Origin: Mobula hypostoma
Lineage: Eukaryota
Assembly: GCF_963921235.1 (NCBI RefSeq)
Contig: NC_086108.1
Coordinates: 17,422,001 to 17,486,000, forward strand
Length of the DNA: 64,000 nt
Direction of reading: 5' to 3'
The translations under genes were made by a program, and so were the position numbers. A model generated the notes under the pieces. It was not told where the DNA came from. It ran no database searches and saw only the letters and a list, made by a program, of their open reading frames with translations. Every line of letters starts with the position of its first letter. Positions within the stretch are counted from its first letter, which is position 1. Of the stretch, positions 36,603-47,319 are shown piece after piece.

Positions 36603-37832
36603 CTAATGGGTGGAATAGTGAATAGTTTTTGAAGGTTAAAGCACATCACACAAGCAAAAAGAAAATAATCACCACTAAGTATTTGTCTTATTTTCCAACC
36701 CTCCTCTGGTAATGTAGATATCCTCACTGCAGTCCAAAATCGTACCCTTCTGGGTTGGAAACTGCTCTGTAGGAGGAGGGAGAGAGCTCACAGAACTGGG
36801 AGAGGGCTTATTTGGGGCAGTCGCTCAAGTGGCTGAACTCAACGACTGGGACGTGGCAACTCTCTACCCTAGTGCTCCTTTGTTTGGTGTACAAAGTAGG
36901 TCAGGAGGATAGAGAAACAGGATGGAGGGGTAGCAGTTCACCTCAAATTGCAGAATTCAATGTTCATGCCATCAGGTTGTAGACTACCCAGGGGCAATAT
37001 AAGATGCAGTTCGTCTCACCCTGGCAGTGGAGGAGGCCAAAGAACTGAAGGTGAGAAGGGGAAGATTTAAAAAAGACCTAAAGGGGAATCTTTCACACAA
37101 AGTGTGGTGGCTCTATGGAACAAGTGTGTAAAATTACAATGTTTAAAAGACATACAGACAAGAACATTGAATAGGAAAGGATATGGGCCCTCTACACAGA
37201 TGGGATTAGCTCAGTTAGGCACTTCAGTTAATGTGGACAAGTTCAGGCACAACTCTCTAATTTCCAGGCCATGGGATAGTAGGTGGCTGTAAAAATTCTC
37301 TCCCCCCAGCCGAGCCCCTGATAACTTGGCTGATAAAATGAAAGCTTGGTTATAGGTCACATATTAGACCTGATAGGTATCTGACACTCTCGATTTATAC
37401 TACCCAACACACGTTGATAAAACATTACAGCATAAAGAAGGAGGAAAGTGTCTGTGAGTACAGGCAGGGCTACAATGAGCTCCTACAACAACATTCATAA
37501 CTAGACTTAATAGACACACCACAGGAAGCAAATGTCACACGTCAGATGTGGAACACAGTTACTGAAGAACAATAGGGGATTTCTATCTTGCCAGTTGGAG
37601 ATGTTTGATTGTAAAATGTCAACTAACCCAGCTATTAACTTCTCAACCAGAGACACAATCTTTTTTTAAAAAATTGCCGTATTTAGAAACATAGAAAACC
37701 TACAGCACAATACAGGCCCTTCAGCCCACAAGGCTGTGCCAAACACATACTTACTTTAGAAGTTACTCAGGGTTACCCATAGCCATCTATTTTTCTAAGC
37801 TCCATACACCTATTCAAGAGTCTCTTAAAAGA

Positions 37833-38592
37833 AGCACACACAAAAAATGCTGGTGAATGCAGCAGGCCAGGCAGCATCTATAGGAAGAGGTACAGGAGAC
37901 CCTTTGTCAGGACTAACTGAAAAAAGAGATGGTAAGAGATTTGAAAGTGGGAGGGGGAGGGGGAGATCCGAAATGATAGGAGAAGACAGGAGGGGAGGGA
38001 TGGATCCAAGGGTTGGAGAAGGGAGAGAATCATGGGACAGGAAGCCTGGGGAGAAAGAGAAGGGAAGAGGGGAGCCCGGAGGGGAGCAGGCAAGGAGTTA
38101 TAGTGAGAGGGACAGAGGGGGAAAAAAGAGAAAGAGAGGAAAAAAGGGAAAAAAATAAAAAATATATAAAAATATATATTAAATAAATAAATAAATAAAT
38201 AAGGGATGGGGTGTGAAGGGGAGGGGGGGGCATTAACAGAAGTTAGAGAAGTCAATATTCATGCCATCAGGTTGGAGGCTACCCAGATGGAATATAAGGT
38301 GTTGTTCCTTCAACCTGAGTGTGCCTTCATCTTGACAGTAGAGGAGGCCGTGGATAGACATATCAGAATGGGAATGGGACATGGAATTAAAATGTGTGGC
38401 ACATTTCCCCCTCCCCCTCCCACTTTCAAATCTTTTACTATCTCTTCTTTCAGTTAGTCCTGATGAAGGGTCCCGGCCCAAAACGTCGACAGTACCTCTT
38501 TCTATAGATGCTGCCTGGCCTGCTGCATTCACCAGCATTTTTGTGTGTGTGTTGCTTGAATTTCCGGCATCTGCAGATTTCCTCATGTCTGC
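37833..38592. mobile_element. Penelope-like element with inverted termini (non-autonomous)
   Basis: Minus-strand PLE 3' part joined at about 38400 to a plus-strand terminus. 13-bp TSD GTCTCTTAAAAGA at 37820-37832 and 38593-38605. Confidence 0.85.
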
Positions 38593-38646
38593 GTCTCTTA
38601 AAAGACCCTATTGTATCTGCAAATTTGTGCTGGGGTTCTTACATTG

Positions 38647-39471
38647 TGTTACGTACCCCGTAACTGGGTTGCCAAACCAGCAGAAATGGATCACTCAGTT
38701 GGAGTCTGGATTACTAGAACTAAGAAAGTTTTATTAAAGAAACAAGCAACACAGTAATCGAAAGGATAATAAATGCAACAGTTCAGCAATGATAAACACA
38801 TATGTGCACAGAATTAAGATAACAGCATCAATCAAGCTCTATCATTGTCTAGGGGTAAATGACCAAATTTCAAAGTGAACCAAGAGTTCAGTCCAATTTA
38901 GTTCAGTTCGCAGTAATCGTTGCCATGGCAATGGACAACGTGGGGGGAGAGAGAGAGAGAACGGGAACGACTAATCATTCAGACACGGCTTCCACTCACA
39001 GACCGGCGATATGGCTCACAAGCAGCTTTTGGGCAGGTCCTTGGTGATGTCACCTGAGGTCACCGACTGTGACCCCTCCTCCAGATGCGGTCGATCCTCT
39101 GCAGTGAACCCGGCACCCAAGCAAGGGCGGACACATACCGGGTTCCCGCTGATCGTAGCTTTCCACCCTGTGCGTTGTCCGGTACTTCCCACCGACTTCC
39201 AGGGTCTCGTTACCTCGGGTGTCGCGTGTGTCCTGCCTTAGCGAACCTGTCCCTTTTTATCCCCCTGCTGGGGTATCGCCTGTCCATCACTTCAAACAGT
39301 TCAGGATTCAAAGGGGGAGCCGCTCCAGACAGCTCTCTCTCCCCCGTCCCTTCATTACACATCTCCAGGTGCTGTTTCATTGTGTCCCTTATCTCTCTCT
39401 TGAAGACAGGTGGCAGACCAACTGCTGATCACACAGGACAGCTAACATCTTATCTATGTGTATTCGTCACA
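38647..39471 (-). repeat. 3' LTR (825 bp)
   Basis: Adjacent to the PPT AAAGGGGGGAAG. Confidence 0.95.
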
Positions 39472-42400
39472 CTTCCCCCCTTTAAGGATTTTTACCGGGA
39501 GGTAAAAATTACAAACATGAATACATTATTTGATACACGCACAAATATACATCTTTATCAGCTATTTGGCTAACACAGCGAGTTTGAAGCTGTCAACACC
39601 TTGACAGACAGTCATCACATTTTCTGTTCCTTTTATATGTGTTATTAATAGACCAGGCTCCAACTCAGCAAACTTCATAGTGGCCAAAAACACTGATGAA
39701 TTTCGATCCATGTAACCTCTCATTTGGTTTTGTCCCGGATCACAATAACAAGGGTCGTCCCATTCCGACTCAGTTTTCTCTCGCAAGGGCTTAGTAGGAG
39801 GGGGAGGGGTATTGACCGCAGGGTTATTGCAAAACTTCCCACAGTACCCCACCATCTCCAAGAGCCTTCTGAGGGCCCTCTTGTCTGTCGGGGTTGGGAG
39901 GTCAGCGATAGCCTGCACTGTAGCTTGCATCGCTGCCAGCTGCCCCTGTGTCACCACAATTCCCAGGTAAGTGACCCTCGTGTGGCCGAATTCATTTTCT
40001 TCAAGGTTCACTATCAAGCTGGCTTCAGACAGCTGTATTAAATTGCCAATACACACCTCTGTGTTCATCAGCCCTTTAGTCACTGAATTACTCATTATAT
40101 ATGGATGTTGTTTGCTAGGCTCACCTATTGTAACAGACATCACCCAACGTCCCAGTTCTTTGCATCACCTTGGGACAATCAAGCACACGGGTGTGAGTCA
40201 TTTAATTACTTCTGCTAAAGATTCGCTTTGTTCGGGGATTAAGGGAGAGACCTTATCAGTAGACCTGGCCAAAACAATAGCTTTCTCCCATCTGATCGAT
40301 CCCATACTAATCTTTTCAAAATGTTTTTTTTCTCTTATCAGGGGGCCCCTAGCTTCATTGATTTCCACGCTAACACCAACTAGGTTTGTTAGCATATCAA
40401 AAGCCGGTGACCGTCTCAGTTCGCGTCGGTCATGATCAATAACATTCTTCCCCCTGGGCAGCTGGTAAATCTCTTTCACGATTCCACCAACTGTTTCCTC
40501 CAGCACCGCAAAATGTCCACCGGGGAGTACCTCGTGGGCCATGTTAAAAAACCTCACCCCCATAACTCTTTTGCACCACCCCCCACTCCTCATCTGCCGG
40601 TACTGTACTTGATTTCCCTTTTTTCCTTAGCACTTCGTCCTCCACACAATAGCCTACTAGTTCCCTTGTTAAAGCTGTGTCAGAGAGAGCTGTCTCTGCC
40701 AAAACCATCAGCCCCTCGTCTCGCTCCTGCGTCGGCACAAATTCTTTCCTGGCTACTGCTACGTCTGTCCCAGCTCCCTCACTGCCTCTTGTCTCACTAC
40801 ATTCTTTCTTTCCATTTTCTACCCTCTTCTCGTACAAGGTTGGCAGAAACGTGTCAGCTAAATTTACTACCGCGGTCCCGTGATGAACCTGTGAGTCCAT
40901 GGGCGGGGCCTCAATGCTGGCAGGCTGATCTGTCAATCTCACGACTGGGAACACGATTTCCCCCGGCGATGTCATTACCGAGCAAGACTACCACGCCTTT
41001 CATCGGTAATTCGGACCTCACCCCGATCGTGACTAGTCCAGAGACCAGGTTGCTTTGTAAGTGTATCTGGTGCAAAGGGACTGACTCTGTCCCTTCCCCA
41101 ACACCTTTGACCTCTACCTCCCCAGTCTGGGTCTCTGAGCTAAACTCTAATACACTCTTCAGTATTAGTGACTGACACACTCCCGTGTCTCTCCAGATCC
41201 GCACTGGAACTGGTTTTAACCCCTCCTTCACTGACACCAATCCGGCCGAGATAAACCTCTCGCTCCCTTCCTGGACTTTTTCAGACCTGTCCTTCCCTAG
41301 CGGTTCGCTTAACAGCTCGATACAGCCATTCAAAATCTCTGTTTTTCCTTTTCCCGTCTCCTTCTTTGGGGCAAAGCACCTGGACGCAAAGTGTCCAGCT
41401 TTCCCACAATTATAACAGACGACCCCAGGAGACTTCCTACCAGACTGCTCCCGGTCTACCTTATCCTTTTCACTAGTCCCCGGCTTACTTTCTGACTTTT
41501 CCGGCGGACTCTCCCCGCCGTCCTGACTACCCTTCTGGTAGCCTTTACTCGGGGCAAACTTCATTTTATGCGTCAACGCATACTCATCCGCTAACTTAGC
41601 AGTTGTGGCTAACATGGCTGCCTCATTCTCATCCAGGTAGGGTCTCATACCCTCAGGGACACAACCTTTAAACTGCTCAATCAGAATCAGTTGTAGCAGT
41701 CTGTCATAATCCCCCTCTACCCCCTTCGAGGCGCACCAACGCTCACAATATGTCTGCATCTCACGGGCAAACTCCAAATACGTGCGGTCTCACTGCTTCC
41801 TCGCATTCCGGAACCTCTGCCAGTATGCCTCCGGGACCAACTCATAAATCCTGAGGATGGCCTCTTTCACCACCTCATACCTCTGGGCATCTTCCGCGGA
41901 CAAAGCGGAGTAAACTTCTTGGGCTTTCCCTTTCAGTACACTCTGAAGTAACACCGCCCACTTATCCCTTGGCCATTCCTGACTTATAGCTACTTTTTCG
42001 AAATGGAGGAAGTACCGATCCACGTCGGTATCGTCAAATGGGGGAACCAGCCTAACCTCCTGGGTCGCCCGGAACCCTCCACCTTGGTTCGGCACGAGCC
42101 CCTGCTCGGCCCTTACCTTTAACTTCTCCAGCTCAAATTCCCTTTCCCTCTGTTTCCCTCTCTCTTTTCGCTCCCATTGCCTCTCTTTCTCCTCTCGCTC
42201 CAACTGTCGTATCCGGAACTCGTGCTCGAGTCTCGGTTTTCAAGCTGTACCTGTACCACGTCTCCAGCAGGTTTTTCAATAGACACCACCCCCAGCTCGC
42301 CTTGGGGAAACACACCTTTAGATACATAGTGCTCTACAATAGCTCTGTGTATCTCCTCTCTCCTCATTGTCGACTTCACCTTAGCAAGATTCAACTGTTT

Positions 42401-42580
42401 GGCCACAGCTATCAATTCCGATTTCTTGGCATCCTCTAGTGCCTCCAAGGTCGGCGCCTTTATAAATTCCTCAGCCTCCATTTCTGCTGTTTGTCTTTTC
42501 TTTCTTTCGGGAATTTTAACCCAATCAATTTACTCCGTCCCAAATTTAGCGTTCAAAATCCCGGACGAGAACCCCACTTA

Positions 42581-43418
42581 TGTTACGTACCCCGTAACTG
42601 GGTTGCCAAACCAGCAGAAATGGATCACTCAGTTGGAGTCTGGATTACTAGAACTAAGAAAGTTTTATTAAAGAAACAAGCAACACAGTAATCGAAAGGA
42701 TAATAAATGCAATAGTTCAGCAATGATAAACACACATATGCACAGAATTAAGATAACAGCATCAATCAAGCTCTATCGTTGTCTAGGGGTAAATGACCAA
42801 ATTTCAAAGTGAACCAAGAGTTCAGTCCAATTTAGTTCAGTTCGCAGTAATCGTTGCCATGGCGATGGACAACGTGGGGGGAGAGAGAGAGAGAACGGGA
42901 ACGACTGATCATTCAGACACGGCTTCCACTCACAGACCGGCGATATGGCTCACAAGCAGCTTTTGGGCAGGTCCTTGGTGATGTCACCTGCGGTCACCGA
43001 CTGTGACCCCTCCTCCAGATGCAGTCGATCCTCTGCAGTGAACCCGGCACCCAAGCAAGGGCGGACACACACCGGGTTCCCGCTGATCGTAGCTTTCCAC
43101 CCTGTGCGTTGTCCGATACTTCCCACCGTGAGAGGCGCACCGCTTCCAGGGTCTCGTTACCTCGGGTGTCGTGTGTGTCCTGCCTTAGCAAACCTGTCCC
43201 TTTTTATCCCCCTGCTGGGGTATCGCCTGTCCATCACTTCAAACAGTTCAGGGTTCAAAGGGGGAGTCGCTCCAGACAGCTCTCTCTCCCCCGTCCCTTC
43301 ATTACACATCTCCAGGTGCTGTTTCATTGTGTCCCTTATCTCTCTCTTGAAGACAGGTGGCAGACCAACTGCTGATCACACAGGACAGCTAACATCTTAT
43401 CTATGTGTATTCGTCACA
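42581..43418 (-). repeat. 5' LTR (838 bp)
   Basis: Direct repeat of 38647-39471, adjacent to the PBS. Confidence 0.95.
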
Positions 43419-43829
43419 ATTGCAACACTCCTAGAGTATTCTATTGACTGTAAAGCTCTCTGTGATATTCATAGGAATGATATAAACTCAAGTTCTTTCT
43501 TTAGTATGCATTACAGATGAGCAGATTCAACACTGCTGAGACTTTCATCCAAAGACCAGAGACCTTCAGTTTTTGAGAGCAGTCTTTATCTGTAAGCATA
43601 CTGCACAACTCATTGACTGTATTATATATCAACAATGATCTTTGTGTTTTGGGGGTTGTAAGTAGGGGTGGATGAGTCTATGCGTGGTATAACTTCACTC
43701 TGATCCTGGGAACATCTTCCTCCATCCCATGCTCACATGAAGTGACAGCCTGACAGTAACCAGTAGAGGGCAGAGACACATAGTGCACAGCTCATATTCC
43801 CACATCCCTGCTGTGCATTGAATTACATG

Positions 43830-44210
43830 GTGCAACACTCGTCCCTACATTTCCTCCTTCACAGCACCCAGGGAGACAAACAGCACTTCCAGGTGCAAGA
43901 TAGATTCATGTGCAGCTCTTCCAACCTCACCTGCTGCATTCGGCGCTCCTAATGTTGGCTCCTCAACATTAGTGAGATGAAACACCGACTAGGCAACCGT
44001 TTTGCAGAGTCCCTGTGTTTGTTCCATAAATGACATCCTGAGCCCCTGAATGTATGCCATTTCACTTGCCGTTTCGATTCCCATACTAACCTTCCCATCC
44101 TCAGACTTCTCCATGCTGGGATGAGGCCCGATGCAAACACCACCTCATATTCTGCCTGGTAGTCTACAACTCATGGGTATGAACACTGAATTCTCTATTT
44201 TTCAGTAACT
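43830..44210 (+). mobile_element. Old Penelope-like GIY-YIG remnant
   Basis: Degenerate match to the PLE (FQV...LGNRFAE...HLIFCL). Confidence 0.6.
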
Positions 44211-44446
44211 CTCACCTCCAGTGTGTTTTCCTGCCAGCCATCCTCCTCTATCCTGCTAATCCACTTCCAGTCTTCCCAAATTTTCCCTTTTCTCATCCTG
44301 TCCAGCCCCTATCACCCATTTTACCCCTCCCCCCCTTTACATTCTATCCACCTACTTGCCCGCACTTTGATTTTCTTCCCCACCCAATCTGGTTCTAGTT
44401 TGTTATTCACCCGTCTCTTAATGGTTCCTCTTTTACTTATCCAATT

Positions 44447-45063
44447 AGAAAGAGAAGATGGCGGTGCGATGCAGCGCGTGTGGCTGTTCTGAATGATATC
44501 GATATGTGTAACTAGGGGTGCGGTGCACGATCCGGATTTGATGGAGACAGCTGTGAGAAGCGCAGAGGAACATCTGGAGTAACTTCTGAAATGCCTGCTT
44601 CGCTGCCGCTGCTACTGTGCGATCAAGAATCCCTGGAGACGAAGGCCCCAAATCCTCAGCTTTGCGTATCACCTGTTGCCGGGGCTGGGGTCGAAACGCT
44701 CAGCAGAGATAGTGCTCGGTGTCAAAGAGGTGGGTCAGAGGCTTGGAGTTTTCGGACGGACTCGGAATCGGACTGTGGTCGGATGCTTTCGGGATGCTGC
44801 ATCGGCAAGTTGGCGGCGCTGGAGGTTTACCGTCTGCAGACTTCCGAGAGACTTTGAGATTTTTACTGTGCCATGGTCTGTTCTTATCAAATTACAGTAT
44901 TGCTTTGCACTGTTGTAACTATATTATAATTATGTGGTTTTTGTTAGTTTTTAAGTTGGTTTGTCATGTGTTTCTGTGATCATTCTGGAAGAACATTTTA
45001 TCATTTCTTAATGCGTTCATTATTAAATGCCAATAAAAGAGGACTGCGTGTCCTTATAATTAT
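44447..45063 (+). mobile_element. Unclassified non-coding retroposed element, about 620 bp
   Basis: CpG-rich 5' half starting AAGATGGCG, T-rich 3' half, AATAAA at 45032 and a TATAAT tandem tail. Flanked by AATT, and the host sequence appears to resume after it. Confidence 0.55.
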
Positions 45064-46154
45064 AATTCCAGTACTGGTAGCTCTTTGTGCTGCTGCTTAT
45101 CTCCTTCCAGAAGCTCTCTCCAAATTTCACCTTTTTTGTATGTCTGCCTCCATCAATCACCCAACTGCATTTGCCTCACAATTCCTCACCTCCCCTCACC
45201 TTACTTGATTCCCATCTCCCTGTCTACCTTCACCTCTTTTCAATCATTCACAGACCCCATCAAACCACTCCTCCTCTCCACTCTCAGTCCTGATGCAGGG
45301 TTTCAACCCCAAACGTCAACAGTTCCTTTCACCCATTACCCCCTCCCACTGATCCACTAAGTTTCTCCAGCAGATTATTTGTTGGTTTTGAATTATAAAA
45401 AGTAACAAGTAACTGCCTAGTTTAAATCTCATCTAAGAGTTAAATTTCACTTCTAATGAGATCCTCCCACACTGACTGCCTCCTGCAGTGATCTAAAGTT
45501 TGACAATTAGAAATTTTCCCACATTCCTGACTAATCTAATGCCTTCTCCCCACTCACTGTCACCCTCACGTGCTGTTCCCTCTTCTTTACCTGTTCGGTG
45601 TTTAGTACCCCTCCCACAGCCACACTGCAATACTGCCTTTTACTGTTGGTTGAAACACATCAATACACACACACTCACTCAATGATCTCCCAGTATCAGT
45701 ATCATGCAATCAATCCAAAGAACTCCCTGTCCATATCATGACAGGCCCCATTCCCTGTATCTATTTCTCCACCTTAACTGTCAGTGACTACTTGTGGGAG
45801 TTTTGGAAGTCTGTCTCACACTTACAGTCAGTTCTTTGCACACCAACACTATTCAGACAATTACAACTTTACAATCTTGTGCAATAGACACTAGAATTTG
45901 GAGTAACACACAAAGCGCTGGAGGAAGGTAGCATCTATGGAGGGAAATGGACAGTCAATGTTTCTGTGTGAAATCCTTTATCTAGACTGACCCAGTTCTG
46001 ATGAGGGCCTCAACTGAACTATCAACTGTCCATTTTCCTTCATGGCTGCTACCTGACCCACTGAGGATTTTCATTATTTTCTGTTTTTATTTCGTTCTTA
46101 CTGTTCTTGGATTTCCTCTCATTTTTCTCTCTATTCTGTGTTCCCATTCATTGT

Positions 46155-47125
46155 AATGCACACAAATTGCTGAAGGAACTCAGCAGGCCAGGCAGCATAG
46201 ATGAAAAAGAGTAAGCGGTCGACGTTTTGGGCTGAGTCCTTTCATCAGGATCGGAAAAAAGAGATTAGAAGGTGGGTGGAGAAGGGGAAGAAGTACAAGG
46301 TAGTAGGTGATGGGTGAAGCCAGGAGGGAGGGAGGGGTGAAGTAAAGAGCTGGGAAGTTGATTAGTGAAAGAGATAAAGGGCAGGAGAAGGAGGAATCTG
46401 AAAGGAGAGGACAGAAAACCATGGAAGAAAGGGAAGGGGAAGAAGAACCAAAGGGAGGTGATGGGCAAGTAAGGTGAGAGAGGGAAATGGGAATGGGAAT
46501 GGGGGAATGATGAAGGGGGGGAGGCCAATTTTCAGAAATTTCAGAAATCAATGTTCATGCCGTCAGGTCGGAGACTACCCAAATGGAATATAGGGTGTTG
46601 TTCCTCCAACCTGAGTGTGGCCTCATCACAGCAGTAGAGGAGGCCATGGACTGACATGTCGGAATGGGAATGGGAAGTAGAATTGAAATGGGTGGCCTCC
46701 GGGAGATCCCTGCTATTTCTGGCAGATGAAGCATAGGTGCTCGGCGAAGCGGTCTCACCAATATAAAGGAGGCCACAACAGGAGCACTGGACACTGTAGA
46801 TGACCCCAACAGACTCACATGTGAAGTGCTGCCTCACCTGGAAGGACTGTTTGGTGCCCTGGATGGTAGTGAGGGAGGAGGTGTAGCAACGGGTGTAGCA
46901 TTTGTTCTGCTTGCAAGAAGGATGTGTCTGGAGGAGATCAGTGGGGAGGGAAGGGTGGACAAGGGAGACACATAGAGAGCAATCCTTGCAAAAGCAGAAA
47001 GGGCGGGGGGGGTCGCTGGTGGGAGAAATGTGCTTGGTGGTGAGATTCTGTTGGAGATAGCTAAAGTTATGGAGAATTACGTGCTGGATGTGGAGGCTGA
47101 TGGGGTAGTAGGTGAAGCAGGAATG
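46155..47125 (-). mobile_element. Penelope-like element 3' part (older copy)
   Basis: ORF 46541-47155 contains CKQNKCYT...GVIYSVQCSCCGLLYIGET. Mutated hammerhead at about 46218-46250. Confidence 0.83.
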
Positions 47126-47319
47126 CTGATGGGATGGTCTCTTGTTCTCATTCATTGTCTTCAGACAAGTCAGGTGTGATTAAAAACCCTCAACATGCTC
47201 TCGCAGCCTTCGCCACCACATTTTCCTCTCCCTACTCCTCCCCTTTTACTGTAACTCAGACATACTCCTTTCATTTCTAATAGTCATTAACTCTGTTTCC
47301 GGCTTGCACATGCTGCCTG

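Larger units (their letters stand above)
38647..43418 (-). mobile_element. Gypsy/Ty3 LTR retrotransposon (Gmr1/SCAN-type gag), internally deleted and non-autonomous
   Basis: TG..CA LTRs at 42581-43418 and 38647-39471, with a 4-bp TSD ATTG. tRNA-Pro-like PBS at 42576-42558 and polypurine tract at 39483-39472. Gag has a SCAN-like LILIEQF segment and a CX2CX4HX4C knuckle; the protease has DTG. Only scraps of RT/RNase H remain and no integrase was recognised. Confidence 0.92.

Noticed and set aside
38647..43418. Endogenous retrovirus (tRNA-Pro PBS)
   Set aside because: No env is present, and gag/protease look Gypsy (Gmr1/SCAN-like) rather than retroviral.
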